From: an uncultured Legionellales bacterium
GTDB lineage: Bacteria > Pseudomonadota > Gammaproteobacteria > UBA1113
Direction of reading: 5' to 3'
Length of the DNA stretch: 64,000 nucleotides
Assembly: GCA_945957175.1 (NCBI GenBank)
Contig: CAMFJL010000006.1
Span: forward strand, 30,137-94,136
In this document: piece after piece, positions 43,455 through 54,250 of the stretch
Numbering within the stretch: the first letter of the stretch is position 1
Layout of the letters: every line of letters begins with the position of its first letter
The notes under the pieces: generated by a model
The model's database searches: none
The model's input: only the letters and a program-made list of their open reading frames with translations
Told to the model about the DNA's origin: nothing
Translations under genes and position numbers: made by a program

Positions 43455-45092
43455 CTATGCAATGGGACATTCTAAGTTTTGTAACTGTTCTGTTAATTTC
43501 ATATTTTCACTGTAATCAACAGGTACATCGATAATCACCACCGTATTATCACGGATGGCTTGCTGAATCGTTGGCACAAGCTCAGCAGCACTATTGACAC
43601 GATAACCTTTAGCGCCAAAGCTTTGTGCAAACTGAACAAAATCAGGGTTTTTAAAATCGATATGACTTTCCCTGCCAAAATGCATTAATTGTTTCCATTT
43701 AATGAGACCATACTCACTGTCATTCCAGATAACAATAATAATGGGCGTATTTATCCTCATGGCAGTTTCTATTTCCTGGCAATTCATTAAAAAGCCAGCA
43801 TCACCGGTTACAGCCACAATGGTTCTGTCAGGATGCACGAGTTTTGCACTGATAGCGCCTGGTATAGCAATGCCCATAGAAGCAAAACCGTTGGAGATAA
43901 TGCAAGTATTCGGCAAATTGGCTTGATACATACGTGCCATCCACATTTTGTGTGCGCCTACATCGCTGATACAAATATCTTCATCTTTAAGTGCTTGACG
44001 TAAGTCCCAAACAATTTTTTGAGGCTTGATGGGAAAACTGGTGTCATTTGCATGCGCTTCGATTTCTTGAGTGATGCGCTGGCGCAGGGCTTGTTGTGTT
44101 TCAGTATTCACTTTAGAAACTTGTTGCGCAAGGATATTTAAGGTTTCGCTGACATTACCTACAATACCACAAGCTAAAATATAATATTCATCTACTTCAG
44201 CAGGCGAAGCGTCGATATGAATAATCTTTTTGGATGTATCGGCATGCCATAAATATGGATGGTATTCCACCATATCAAAGCCGACACAAATGATAACATC
44301 GGTTTTATCAAAGGCACAGCCAACAAGATCATGCGCTTGTAAACCGACAGTGCCAAGGCTCAAAGGATGTTTAAATGGAATAATACCTTTTGCCATAAAT
44401 GTATTAGCCACAGGGATATTTAATTTTTCTGCGAAGGCAACGAGTGCATCACTTGCATGTGTGCGGATAACACCATTGCCTGCAAGAATAAGCGGGGCTT
44501 TAGCCTTCGTGATAATATCAGCAGCTTGGTAAATTTTTTCAATGGAAGGAGTCGGTAGCGTTGGTGCTTGTGCTTTTAATGGGACTTTATCGCCGGCATC
44601 CATGGCAGCAATATTTTCGGGTAAATCGATGAAAGTTGCACCTGGTTTTTCGGTTTGCGCCACTTTGAAGGCTTTACGTGTGATTTCTGCAACAATGGTT
44701 GGTTCTAAAATCTGGGCACTGTATTTAGTAATCGGGGTAAACATATTCACTAAGTTTAAGACTTGATGACTTTCTTTGTGTAAGCGTGTTGTACCAGCTT
44801 GGCCGGCAATAGCCACAAGCGGGGCTCTGTCAAGCTGGGCATCGGCAACACCCGTAATTAAATTCGTGGCGCCAGGCCCTAATGTCGCTAAGCACACACC
44901 GGCTTTACCGGTGAGCCGACCATACACATCAGCCATGAATGCAGCGCCTTGTTCGTGGCGTGTCGTAATAAAGCGAATTTTACTATCAAGTAACGCATCC
45001 ATCACATCCAGATTTTCTTCGCCTGGAATCCCAAAGATGGTTGTAACACCCTCATTCTCAAGGCATTTGACAAATAACTCTGCAACATTCAT
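43455..45092 (-). CDS. thiamine-diphosphate-dependent enzyme, acetolactate-synthase-like (catabolic ALS / pyruvate-oxidase family)
   Basis: 545 aa with the N-terminal Pyr domain (…GIPGEEN…), a central FAD/TPP_M-like domain and the C-terminal ThDP-binding motif GDAGFLMN…N. There is no small-subunit gene nearby. Confidence 0.6.
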   Translation of the reverse strand: MNVAELFVKCLENEGVTTIFGIPGEENLDVMDALLDSKIRFITTRHEQGAAFMADVYGRLTGKAGVCLATLGPGATNLITGVADAQLDRAPLVAIAGQAGTTRLHKESHQVLNLVNMFTPITKYSAQILEPTIVAEITRKAFKVAQTEKPGATFIDLPENIAAMDAGDKVPLKAQAPTLPTPSIEKIYQAADIITKAKAPLILAGNGVIRTHASDALVAFAEKLNIPVANTFMAKGIIPFKHPLSLGTVGLQAHDLVGCAFDKTDVIICVGFDMVEYHPYLWHADTSKKIIHIDASPAEVDEYYILACGIVGNVSETLNILAQQVSKVNTETQQALRQRITQEIEAHANDTSFPIKPQKIVWDLRQALKDEDICISDVGAHKMWMARMYQANLPNTCIISNGFASMGIAIPGAISAKLVHPDRTIVAVTGDAGFLMNCQEIETAMRINTPIIIVIWNDSEYGLIKWKQLMHFGRESHIDFKNPDFVQFAQSFGAKGYRVNSAAELVPTIQQAIRDNTVVIIDVPVDYSENMKLTEQLQNLECPIA

Positions 45093-45120
45093 AGGAATAA
45101 TCCCTCATATCATTTAAAAC

Positions 45121-45381
45121 TTATACCAAAGTAATGCGCAATGCATGGATTTCGTGAGGTATGAAATCAGCAAGGGTTTGATACACTTTGCGATGCAAGA
45201 TAATTAAACTGCCATATGATTGCAGGGCGCTTCGTGAAAGCCTTACCTCATAATGGCTTGCGCCATGCATTGCACCCGCATGTCCTAAGTGTTCTTCACT
45301 TTCATCATAGAGAGCCAGGAAATCCGCGCCGAACTGTCGTTGAAGTAACTGTTCAACTCGCGAGAATCGCGTTTGTGTCAC
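45121..45381 (-). CDS. BolA-family protein
   Basis: 86 aa with a C-terminal …IHALRITL motif. Its start codon abuts the map stop. Confidence 0.55.
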   Translation of the reverse strand: MTQTRFSRVEQLLQRQFGADFLALYDESEEHLGHAGAMHGASHYEVRLSRSALQSYGSLIILHRKVYQTLADFIPHEIHALRITLV

Positions 45382-46151
45382 TAGGGCACCTGCTCATGTT
45401 CGCGTAGTGTTAGGATTTCACAACCATCGTCAGTGACCAAAAGCGTGTGTTCCCACTGAGCAGATAAACTATGGTCTTTTGTCACAACAGTCCAATCATC
45501 GCCTAATAATTTAACGCCAGCTTTCCCGGCATTGATCATAGGTTCAATGGTGAAAGTCATGCCAGCAACTAGGGCCATACCCGTACCGGCCTTACCGTAA
45601 TGTAATACTTGGGGATCTTCGTGAAATATACGACCGATACCGTGACCGCAATATTCGCGCACGACGCTAAAGCGTTGTTTTTCAGCATACTGTTGAATGG
45701 CCTCACCGATATCGCCAAGACGTGTGCCTGGTTTGACTTTATCAATGCCAATGAATAAGCATTCTCTGGCAACTTGGCATAAGCGCTTAGCCAGAATAGA
45801 GGCCTTGTCTAGTAGGAACATTTGGCTGGTATCGCCATGAAAACCATCTTTTATCACGGTGATATCAATGTTGATAATGTCATTATCTTTGAGTTTCCTT
45901 GAGCCAGGAATGCCGTGGCAAACTTGATGATTAATCGAGGTGCAAATGGATTTAGGGAAACCACGATAGTTAAGCGGTGCCGGAATAGCCTTTTGAACAT
46001 TGACGATATAGTCATGGCAGATTTGGTCAAGTTCTTCGGTGCTAATCCCGGGCTTCACATGAGGCGCTATCATCTCAAGTACCTCACCCGCGAGCTTACC
46101 AGCAACGCGCATATGCGCGATGTCTTCAGGGGTTTTAATTGTTACGGCCAT
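45381..46151 (-). CDS. map: type I methionine aminopeptidase
   Basis: 256 aa with metal-ligand motifs (…DIDIT…, …HGIG…). Confidence 0.85.
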   Translation of the reverse strand: MAVTIKTPEDIAHMRVAGKLAGEVLEMIAPHVKPGISTEELDQICHDYIVNVQKAIPAPLNYRGFPKSICTSINHQVCHGIPGSRKLKDNDIINIDITVIKDGFHGDTSQMFLLDKASILAKRLCQVARECLFIGIDKVKPGTRLGDIGEAIQQYAEKQRFSVVREYCGHGIGRIFHEDPQVLHYGKAGTGMALVAGMTFTIEPMINAGKAGVKLLGDDWTVVTKDHSLSAQWEHTLLVTDDGCEILTLREHEQVP

Positions 46152-46364
46152 TGTATTGAAACCTTGTTATTTGACTACAATTGTGATATAACGTCGCGAC
46201 GCTCTATGTTCCAAGGGAACGTAGAGTGAAGTATAGACGAAAACACACACTTATGGTTAACACTATTTTGGGTGCCTAAGGTCTTTCCCTGTTTAGCATA
46301 AGCAAGGGATTACTTAGGTGAAATCGTGTTGTAAGTGGAGGCTTAACCCAAGAGGAGTAGATAC

Positions 46365-47138
46365 ATGGCCCACGTGAGCTTACGAGAAATGTTACAAGAA
46401 GGTGTCCACTTTGGTCACCAAACCCGTTATTGGAATCCTAAAATGGCCCCCTTTATTTTTGGGGTTAATCGCAAGATTCATATCATCGATTTAGAGCAAA
46501 CGCAGCGATTATTTGAAGATGCGCTCAATGCTATCAGCCGTATTGCTAGCAATCGCGGTAAGATTCTTTTTGTAGGTACGAAATACGCTGCACAAGATGC
46601 TGTGCGAGAAGCTGCAGAAAGCTGTGGTATGCCTTATGTCAACCATCGTTGGTTAGGTGGTATGTTGACTAATTACAAAACCATACGTCAACAAATCCGT
46701 CGGTTGAACGATTTAATTCGTATGAGTGTCGATGGTACCTTAAAGCACTTAACGAAGAAAGAAGGCTTAACTATCATGCGCGAGCAAGAAAAGTTAGAAC
46801 GAAGCCTTGGCGGGATTAAAGAGATGGGTGGTTTACCCGATGCTTTATTTATTATCGATGTCGGTCATGAAGATATTGCGGTCAAAGAAGCCAAACGTCT
46901 TGGTATTCCCGTGATTGGTATCGTTGATACCAACAATACCCCCGATGATATCGATTACATTATCCCTGGTAATGATGATGCAACGCGCGCTATTCGCCTT
47001 TACTGCAATAAAGCAGCAGAAGTGATTAACCAAGCCAAAGAAGCCTTGCAACTGTCTCAAGGCGGTGCTCAAAAAGATGACGTTGCTATAGACGCACCTG
47101 CGACACCTGCGCCTGAAGCACCTGCTGACGAAGCGTAA
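46365..47138 (+). CDS. rpsB: 30S ribosomal protein S2
   Basis: [27 protein letters not shown] is the canonical S2 N-terminus. Confidence 0.9.
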   Translation: MAHVSLREMLQEGVHFGHQTRYWNPKMAPFIFGVNRKIHIIDLEQTQRLFEDALNAISRIASNRGKILFVGTKYAAQDAVREAAESCGMPYVNHRWLGGMLTNYKTIRQQIRRLNDLIRMSVDGTLKHLTKKEGLTIMREQEKLERSLGGIKEMGGLPDALFIIDVGHEDIAVKEAKRLGIPVIGIVDTNNTPDDIDYIIPGNDDATRAIRLYCNKAAEVINQAKEALQLSQGGAQKDDVAIDAPATPAPEAPADEA

Positions 47139-47158
47139 TCATTGTTAATTGATATTCA

Positions 47159-47185
47159 GGGCTGTAGATAACAGCCCTACAATTT
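47159..47185 (+). terminator. hairpin (AGGGCTGT-AGATA-ACAGCCCT) with a short U-rich tail between rpsB and tsf; possible attenuator or partial terminator
   Basis: An 8-bp GC-rich stem at 47159-47179 followed by ACAATTTAAT. This is the position of the rpsB-tsf attenuator in other gammaproteobacteria. Confidence 0.35.
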
Positions 47186-47205
47186 AATAGAAATGAGGAA
47201 ATATC

Positions 47206-48087
47206 ATGTCTGAACCCGTTGCAATTAGTGCGGCACAAGTGAAAGAGTTGCGTGAATTAACCGATGCACCTTTGATGGATTGCAAAAAATATTTACAAAA
47301 GTCACAAGGTGACGTTGAGTTAGCGATTCAATTGATGCGCGAAGATGGCAACATCAAAGCGGCTAAAAAAGAAGGCCGTATTACGGCTGAAGGTATTATT
47401 ACGATTGCTGCGCATGCTGGTAAAGCAGCGATGGTTGAAATTAATTGTGAAACAGATTTCGTTGCTCGTGGACAAGATTTCCGCGAATTTGGCGAACAAG
47501 TTGCGGAAGTAGCACTACAAACACAACAGGATGATGTTGCTAAACTAATGACCCAGGCTTTTGCCGGGGGAACCTTGGAAAGTCTTCGAGAACAGCTTAT
47601 TGCTCGTGTAGGTGAAAATGTTAACGTACGTCGTGTGATGCTTGTCAATACATCTCATGCAGTTGGCAGCTATCGCCATGGTGACAGAATCGGTGTGGTT
47701 GTTGAATATCAAGGTGGGGATGCGGATCTTGGTAAAGATTTAGCTATGCATATTGCTGCAAGCCGCCCAGAAGTTGTTGAACCCAGTGAAGTGTCAGCAG
47801 AATTGATTGAACGTGAAAAAGCTATCTTTATGACGCAAGCCCAAGAAAGTGGCAAACCTGCCGATATCATTGCACGTATGGTTGAAGGGCGTATCAATAA
47901 ATTCTTAGATGAAGTGAGTTTAACTGGCCAGCCTTTTGTCAAAGATCCCGATACTAAAGTGGGTAAACTCTTAACAAGTAAACAAGCAAAGGTTATCCGT
48001 TTCGCACGCTTTGAAGTTGGCGAAGGTATCGAAAAGAAAGTGGATAACTTTGTTGAGGAAGTGTTAGCACAAGCACGTGGGAATTAA
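47206..48087 (+). CDS. tsf: elongation factor Ts
   Basis: 293 aa with N-terminal UBA-like …[19 protein letters not shown]. Confidence 0.85.
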   Translation: MSEPVAISAAQVKELRELTDAPLMDCKKYLQKSQGDVELAIQLMREDGNIKAAKKEGRITAEGIITIAAHAGKAAMVEINCETDFVARGQDFREFGEQVAEVALQTQQDDVAKLMTQAFAGGTLESLREQLIARVGENVNVRRVMLVNTSHAVGSYRHGDRIGVVVEYQGGDADLGKDLAMHIAASRPEVVEPSEVSAELIEREKAIFMTQAQESGKPADIIARMVEGRINKFLDEVSLTGQPFVKDPDTKVGKLLTSKQAKVIRFARFEVGEGIEKKVDNFVEEVLAQARGN

Positions 48088-48091
48088 TACC

Positions 48092-48832
48092 ATGACACGA
48101 GCAAGCGCCTCTGTTGTGCCGGTCTATCGGCGTATTTTGTTAAAATTCAGCGGCGAGGCGCTTATGGGCGTAGGTCAATTTGGTATTGACCCGCAAGTCT
48201 TGGATAAATACGCCGCTGATATCGCTGAGCTTTGTCGTTTGCATGTGCAAGTCGGTATTGTCATCGGCGGCGGTAATTTTTTCCGGGGTGCTGAGTTGTC
48301 TGAAGCTGGACTTGGTCGTATGACTGGCGATTACATGGGTATGTTAGCAACCATGATGAATGGTCTGGCGCTTAGAGATGCGCTTGAGCGCGCCGAGCTT
48401 GATTCACGTATGATGTCAGCCTTGCCGATGACTGGCGTGATTGATGTTTTTGAAAGGCGTAAAGCGATTCATCATTTGCGTCATGGTCGTCCAGTTATTT
48501 TTGTTGGTGGTATCGGTAATCCTTGTTTCACAACAGATTCTGCTGCGAGTCTGCGTGGCATTGAAATTGAAGCAGAATTACTGGTGAAAGCAACCAAGGT
48601 GGATGGTATTTATGATAATGATCCACGCAAAGATCAGCATGCTAAAAAATACGAACAACTGAGTTATGCAAAAGTGCTCAACGATCGGCTTAATGTGATG
48701 GATGCGACCGCTATTTGCTTATGTCGCGATCATCAATTACCCATTCGAGTCATCAACATCAATGAACCAAACTCACTTAAACGATTGGTCATGGGTGAGC
48801 ATGTGGGTACTTTAGTCAATGGCGTTGAATAA
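48092..48832 (+). CDS. pyrH: UMP kinase
   Basis: …[13 protein letters not shown] aligns with E. coli PyrH. I chose the ATG at 48092, 4 nt after the tsf stop. Confidence 0.8.
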   Translation: MTRASASVVPVYRRILLKFSGEALMGVGQFGIDPQVLDKYAADIAELCRLHVQVGIVIGGGNFFRGAELSEAGLGRMTGDYMGMLATMMNGLALRDALERAELDSRMMSALPMTGVIDVFERRKAIHHLRHGRPVIFVGGIGNPCFTTDSAASLRGIEIEAELLVKATKVDGIYDNDPRKDQHAKKYEQLSYAKVLNDRLNVMDATAICLCRDHQLPIRVININEPNSLKRLVMGEHVGTLVNGVE

Positions 48833-48883
48833 ATACTATGCCAATAGTTGAAATGCGAAGAGTCTATTTCTGAGGAAATCACC

Positions 48884-49444
48884 ATGAGTACCAGTACTTT
48901 GTTACAAGACGCCGAACAGCGAATGAAAAAGGCAGTGGAAACACTTAGCCATGATTTGGCGAAACTAAGAACAGGAAGAGCACATCCTAACTTTTTAGAC
49001 CCTGTCATGGTGCCTTATTACGGCAACGATGTGCCGATAAGTCAAGTCGCTAGTGTTTCAATCACAGACGCACGTACCTTTACGGTTACACCGTGGGAAA
49101 AAAATATGGTGGCTGCGATTGAAAAAGCAATTAAGTTAGCGAATTTAGGTTTAAATCCGGTCACGTTGGGCGATCACTTACGGATTCCATTACCCCCCTT
49201 AACTGAAGAGCGTCGTCGAGACTTGACTAAAGTGGTTCGTCAAGAAGGCGAGCAAGCGCGTGTTGCCGTACGTAATATTCGTCGCGATGCGAATAATCAG
49301 TTGAAAGATGCGTTAAAAGCGAAAACGATTAGCGAAGATGAAGAAAGACGTTTACAAGATGCGGTACAAAAGTTAACAGATCGTTTCATTGAGGATATGG
49401 ATAAAGCAGTGACTCAGAAGGAATCTGAGGTTATGTCAGTTTAA
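48884..49444 (+). CDS. frr: ribosome recycling factor
   Basis: 186 aa from the ATG at 48884, with GAGG at -10. …[15 protein letters not shown]… is the RRF signature. Confidence 0.8.
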   Translation: MSTSTLLQDAEQRMKKAVETLSHDLAKLRTGRAHPNFLDPVMVPYYGNDVPISQVASVSITDARTFTVTPWEKNMVAAIEKAIKLANLGLNPVTLGDHLRIPLPPLTEERRRDLTKVVRQEGEQARVAVRNIRRDANNQLKDALKAKTISEDEERRLQDAVQKLTDRFIEDMDKAVTQKESEVMSV

Positions 49445-49450
49445 GGTATT

Positions 49451-50179
49451 GTGACGATGTATTTGCCAAAGCATGTCGCTATCATTTTGGATGGTAATGG
49501 TCGTTGGGCCAAATCTCAGTATTTACCTAGGATTGCCGGTCATCAAGCCGGTATCAAAACTGCGCGTGCTATCATTGAATCCGCAGCAAAAACCGGTGTT
49601 GAAGTCTTAAGCTACTTTATTTTTAGCAGTGAAAACTGGCAACGTCCCATCGAAGAAGTCAGCTCAATTATGGATTTTTTCCTAAGAGCACTGCAAACCG
49701 ATGTGAATAAATTACATCAGAATAATATTCGTTTTCAGGTCATTGGTGATTTATCCCCCTTTTCATTAGAGACACAACAACGCATTGCCGATGCAACGCA
49801 AATGACCGCGCAAAATACCGGCATGACCTTGGTCTTAGCTGCCAACTATGGTGGTCAATGGGATTTAACGCAGGCTACACAACAATTGGCAAAAAAGGTG
49901 TTAGCGGGTGTGCTGAATCCTGAGGATATTACGTCGTCGCTGCTTGAGCAACACTTGGCGACAGCGGGATTACCACGTCCAGATTTATTCATTCGTACGG
50001 GTGGCGAACAGCGAATAAGTAATTTCTTTTTATGGCAGCTTGCTTATGCCGAGCTCTATTTTACACCGGTATATTGGCCAGACTTTAGTCATGATGAGTT
50101 TATGAAAGCGGTCAGTTATTATCAAACAAGAGAGCGGCGCTTTGGTAAAATAAGTGAACAGTTGGTTACCCATGCTTAA
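49451..50179 (+). CDS. uppS: undecaprenyl-diphosphate synthase
   Basis: HVAIILDGNGRWA and ER(R)FG motifs. Confidence 0.85.
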   Translation: MTMYLPKHVAIILDGNGRWAKSQYLPRIAGHQAGIKTARAIIESAAKTGVEVLSYFIFSSENWQRPIEEVSSIMDFFLRALQTDVNKLHQNNIRFQVIGDLSPFSLETQQRIADATQMTAQNTGMTLVLAANYGGQWDLTQATQQLAKKVLAGVLNPEDITSSLLEQHLATAGLPRPDLFIRTGGEQRISNFFLWQLAYAELYFTPVYWPDFSHDEFMKAVSYYQTRERRFGKISEQLVTHA

Positions 50180-50987
50180 GCAACGTATTTTCACGGCAGC
50201 TTGTCTTATTCCCCTCGTTATTTGGGTGCTTTTTTGGGCGCCATCTTGGCTATATCAAACCGTATTGACCGCTATTTTTTTAGCGGCCGCCTATGAATGG
50301 TGCGTTTTAGCAACCCCTCGTGCCTGGCCATGGATAGTTACATGGTATGTATTATTGATACTGAGTGCTTGGCTTGTCACCTATGTGCCAATTGCCTGGG
50401 TATTAGGCACTGCCTTGTTAGGTTGGCTTGCTGCCTGTTTTACTGTCATACGATTTCCAAGAAGCGGCGCTTGGTTCCGTCGTTTTACAGGGTTTCGATT
50501 ACTGACTGGGCTTTGGTTACTCATCCCTGCTTGGACTGCTTTATGGATATTGCGGACTCTGCCTTATGGCGCTATATGGATATTATTACTCTTGTTGTTA
50601 GTCTGGGGCGCTGATATTGGGGGCTATTTTGGCGGGCGCTTTTTGGGCAAGCATAAACTCGCACCAGAAGTGAGTCCTAAAAAGACCATAGAAGGTTTAG
50701 TATCAGGTGTGTTTTTGGCGCTATTGCTTGGCACGTTGCTTATGGCGTTTACGTTGCCAAGCGTATTGCAGCAGCCGTTGTTTTGGCTGCTCATGTTAAG
50801 TGGTATTTTAATATCGGTGTTGGGCGATTTGACTGAAAGCTTGTTCAAACGCATACAAGCGGTCAAGGATAGCGGCCATCTATTGCCAGGTCATGGCGGG
50901 ATCTTGGATCGCATCGATAGCTTATTAGCAGCAGCGCCATGGTTAACAGTTGGTCTTTTATTACTCATTAAACCCCCGTATTTTTGA
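50172..50987 (+). CDS. cdsA: phosphatidate cytidylyltransferase
   Basis: Multi-TM protein with the C-terminal GHGGILDRIDS CTP-transferase signature. I chose the ATG at 50172, which overlaps the uppS stop by 8 nt. Confidence 0.8.
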   Translation: MLKQRIFTAACLIPLVIWVLFWAPSWLYQTVLTAIFLAAAYEWCVLATPRAWPWIVTWYVLLILSAWLVTYVPIAWVLGTALLGWLAACFTVIRFPRSGAWFRRFTGFRLLTGLWLLIPAWTALWILRTLPYGAIWILLLLLLVWGADIGGYFGGRFLGKHKLAPEVSPKKTIEGLVSGVFLALLLGTLLMAFTLPSVLQQPLFWLLMLSGILISVLGDLTESLFKRIQAVKDSGHLLPGHGGILDRIDSLLAAAPWLTVGLLLLIKPPYF

Positions 50988-51102
50988 GCTAAAAAATATT
51001 TCTCTCAATCAATCCGAGTATGATACACTCGTTACGCAAATCGAAGAATCGATCGTAATCTTTCTTTTGCTTAAAAAATAGACCAATTAGGATGACATTA
51101 GC

Positions 51103-53451
51103 ATGCTTCATGTTAAACGTACCTTGCTTACGGCGTTATTGGCAACCGTATTATCGGCTAATATTTACGCAGCAACGTTTACGATTTCAAAAATCGAGAT
51201 CAATGGATTACAACGCATCTCTCAAGGTACCGTGCTCAACTACTTACCTGTACAAGTAGGCGACACTATCAGTGATAGTGACACTGACAAAATCATCAGT
51301 GCACTTTATAAAACCGGCTTTTTCACAAATATCAGTTTAGAAAGGCAAGGTTCCGTTCTTATTATTAATGTACAAGAAAGCCCAACGATTGCCAGTATCA
51401 AAATCACAGGCAACAAATTGGTGGCGACTAAAGATTTACTTAAAGCGTTGAATGGACTGGGTATCGCAGTAGGACAGTCCTATGATCCCTCTATTTTAGG
51501 CGGGGTACAAGATTCCTTGCAACGACAATATTATTCCCAAGGTTATTATGATGCGACCGTTAGTGCCAAAGCTATCCCTGATAATAATGGCGGGGTTAAT
51601 ATTCAAATTACCGTCGATGAAGGTAAAGTTGCAAAAATCCGTCAAATTAAAATTATTGGTAATAGCGCATTTCCTCAGAAGAAGCTATTAAGCCAATTTA
51701 GCTTACAAACGCCAGGCCTGTGGAATATGTTTACTAAGAGCTCGCAATACTCACGCGAGAAGCTGGATGGCGATCTTGAAAAATTACGTTCTTATTATAT
51801 GGATAGAGGCTACGTTGAGTTTAAAGTAACATCAACGGACGTTTCTATCAGCCCAGACAAAAAAGATGTCTATATTGTTATTACTATCAGTGAAGGACCT
51901 AAGTATACCTTCAAGGGTTATCAATTCACTGGTGATCTTATTTTCCCCGAAGATAAACTACAACAATTAGTGACATTAAAAGCAGGTGACACTTTCTCAC
52001 AACAAGAAGTGACTGATAATGTCAATCGAATTGGTAATTACTATGGTAACTTTGGTTATGCGCTTGCAAAAGTCGAGCCGATTCCTGATATTGATAGCAC
52101 AACACATCAAGTGTTTATCAACTTTAACGTAGAACCTGGCAATAAAATGTATGTTCGACGTATTAACTTTAGTGGAAATACGAAGACCACAGATGAAGTG
52201 ATGCGTCGTGAAATGCGTCAGCAAGAGGGCGCTCTTGTGAATACTGCCAATATTCAAGAGTCAGAGCACAGGCTCAATGGTCTTGGTTATTTCAAATCAG
52301 TGAAGGTTAATACCATACCGGTACCAGGCTCAGATGATCAGGTTGATTTAGGTGTTGATGTGGTTGAGGCTCCTTCAGCGACATTAACAGCGGGTGCTGG
52401 TTATTCGGATACCGATGGTCTTTTACTTAATGTTGGTTTTACACAGCCTAACTTTTTAGGTACAGGTAAAAACTTAGGCATTAGTGCGAATACCTCAGAC
52501 TATCAACGCTATTTTAATGTGAGTTATTTTAATCCATATTACACAGACAGCGGTGTTGGTCGAGGCTTTAATGCTTACATATCAAGGACCGATACAGATA
52601 ATGATAATATAGATATTTCTACGTACTCGATGGATACTTATGGCGTCAGCATGAATTATACCTTGCCGATGTCTGAGAATAATACGGTTGGCTTTGGTTA
52701 TGGTTATCAATCCAGTACTGTGAAATTGGGGCATGATCCGTCGGATGAATTGATTAACTTCATGAACGGTACTAACTCATTGCCGCCGTCGCCAGCCACA
52801 GCGAAACATAAAGAAGAGTCATTCAATAATATTTTGCTGACAGCAAGTTATAGTTATATCAATTTTGACAATGGTATTTTCCCAACAAAAGGTATTGGTA
52901 GTAGCATTGATGGTAGCTTATATCTGCCTGGCGGTAATTCACCGCAGACGTATTACAAAGCCGATTATTTAGTACACTGGTATCAACCGTTATTTTCCGG
53001 TTTTGTACTGTCAACACGCGCAGAAATGGGCTATGGGGATGGTCTTGGCTCAACGAAATACTTACCTTTTTACGAAAACTACTATGCAGGTGGTATTGGT
53101 GTTAATGGTGCCGTTCGCGGTTATCAAGGTTATTCTATCGGTCCACAGGACTCCAATGGTGATACCTTAGGTGGTAATGCACTTTTTGATGGTACGGTTG
53201 CTATTGTTATTCCAACCCCTATGTTACCTGAAGCAGCGCGGATAAGTGTTTTCAGTGACTTCGGTAATACCTATGACACGGATGGTATAAAAACAACAAT
53301 GGGTTCAGGCCCTATGCGTTTTTCTGTTGGTATTTCAGGTGAATGGCGTTCACCTATCGGACCTTTGGTGTTAAGCTTGGCGAAAGCGATAAACAAACAG
53401 CCGCAAGATGAGCTTGAACCCTTACAGTTTACGGTGGGTACAAGTTTCTAA
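51103..53451 (+). CDS. bamA: outer membrane protein assembly factor BamA
   Basis: 782 aa: signal peptide, five POTRA repeats, a C-terminal beta-barrel and a terminal aromatic residue (…TVGTSF). Confidence 0.85.
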   Translation: MLHVKRTLLTALLATVLSANIYAATFTISKIEINGLQRISQGTVLNYLPVQVGDTISDSDTDKIISALYKTGFFTNISLERQGSVLIINVQESPTIASIKITGNKLVATKDLLKALNGLGIAVGQSYDPSILGGVQDSLQRQYYSQGYYDATVSAKAIPDNNGGVNIQITVDEGKVAKIRQIKIIGNSAFPQKKLLSQFSLQTPGLWNMFTKSSQYSREKLDGDLEKLRSYYMDRGYVEFKVTSTDVSISPDKKDVYIVITISEGPKYTFKGYQFTGDLIFPEDKLQQLVTLKAGDTFSQQEVTDNVNRIGNYYGNFGYALAKVEPIPDIDSTTHQVFINFNVEPGNKMYVRRINFSGNTKTTDEVMRREMRQQEGALVNTANIQESEHRLNGLGYFKSVKVNTIPVPGSDDQVDLGVDVVEAPSATLTAGAGYSDTDGLLLNVGFTQPNFLGTGKNLGISANTSDYQRYFNVSYFNPYYTDSGVGRGFNAYISRTDTDNDNIDISTYSMDTYGVSMNYTLPMSENNTVGFGYGYQSSTVKLGHDPSDELINFMNGTNSLPPSPATAKHKEESFNNILLTASYSYINFDNGIFPTKGIGSSIDGSLYLPGGNSPQTYYKADYLVHWYQPLFSGFVLSTRAEMGYGDGLGSTKYLPFYENYYAGGIGVNGAVRGYQGYSIGPQDSNGDTLGGNALFDGTVAIVIPTPMLPEAARISVFSDFGNTYDTDGIKTTMGSGPMRFSVGISGEWRSPIGPLVLSLAKAINKQPQDELEPLQFTVGTSF

Positions 53452-53640
53452 GGCCATACGAATACGCTTTGTGTTTCGATTTTGGTCGTGTCGCAGCTTG
53501 AACGACGAAAGGGATGTTGGCTTGAGTTATGTACTGGTGTACACTCTCTTATCCTTTACCTTCGTGCGCTTAGGCAAAGTCTGAATGCTGTGGGTATGTT
53601 TTTGATGGTAATGTTAATAATGCTAAGTCTAAAGGAGACT

Positions 53641-54204
53641 ATGATGATGAAACGTGTAGCAATTGCAGTTGCAAGTTTGGGTTTAATGCTAAGTGTACCT
53701 GCAGCGTTTGCAGATAATGCACCTGCTCAGCCTCAAGCAGCGGCAGCTGTGCCTGGTTCAGAAACGAATTTAAAGATTGCTGTGGTTGACATGCGTATGG
53801 TGATTGACAACAGTCCTCAAATGAAGGCTGCGGCTGATAGTTTACGTAAAGAGTTCAAGCCAAGACAAGATAAAATTGTTGCAGCGCAACAAGCACTACA
53901 AAAAGATCAAGATAAGCTGAAACGTGATGGTTCAGTGATGAGTCAAAGTGATTCTGATGCCCTGCAAGCACAAATAGGCACAGAAAGCCGTGATTTGCAA
54001 CGTATGCAAGAAGATTACATGCAAGATTTGCGTACAGCTCAGCAAACAGCGATGCAAAGCTTCTTAACTTCAGTGGATGCTGTTGTTCAAAAAATGACGC
54101 AAAAAAATGGCTATGATTTGATTTTACGTCGCGATACGGTTGCTTATGCAAGTCCACGCACGGATATTACTCAACAAGTCATCGCTGCACTCAATCAAAA
54201 ATAA
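53641..54204 (+). CDS. skp: periplasmic chaperone Skp (OmpH)
   Basis: 187 aa from the ATG at 53641, with AAGGAGA at -9. Signal peptide plus a coiled-coil-rich, Gln-rich body. The ORF-track upstream extension lacks an RBS. Confidence 0.7.
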   Translation: MMMKRVAIAVASLGLMLSVPAAFADNAPAQPQAAAAVPGSETNLKIAVVDMRMVIDNSPQMKAAADSLRKEFKPRQDKIVAAQQALQKDQDKLKRDGSVMSQSDSDALQAQIGTESRDLQRMQEDYMQDLRTAQQTAMQSFLTSVDAVVQKMTQKNGYDLILRRDTVAYASPRTDITQQVIAALNQK

Positions 54205-54211
54205 ATCATAT

Positions 54212-54236
54212 GCAGGGGCAACCCCCCTGCTTTTTT
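54212..54236 (+). terminator. rho-independent terminator (GCAGGGG-CAACC-CCCCTGC + TTTTTT) after skp
   Basis: A 7-bp G/C stem at 54212-54230 followed by T6 at 54231-54236. The lpxD RBS GAGGAG follows immediately, so partial readthrough is likely. Confidence 0.65.
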
Positions 54237-54250
54237 GAGGAGCGAGTTTT

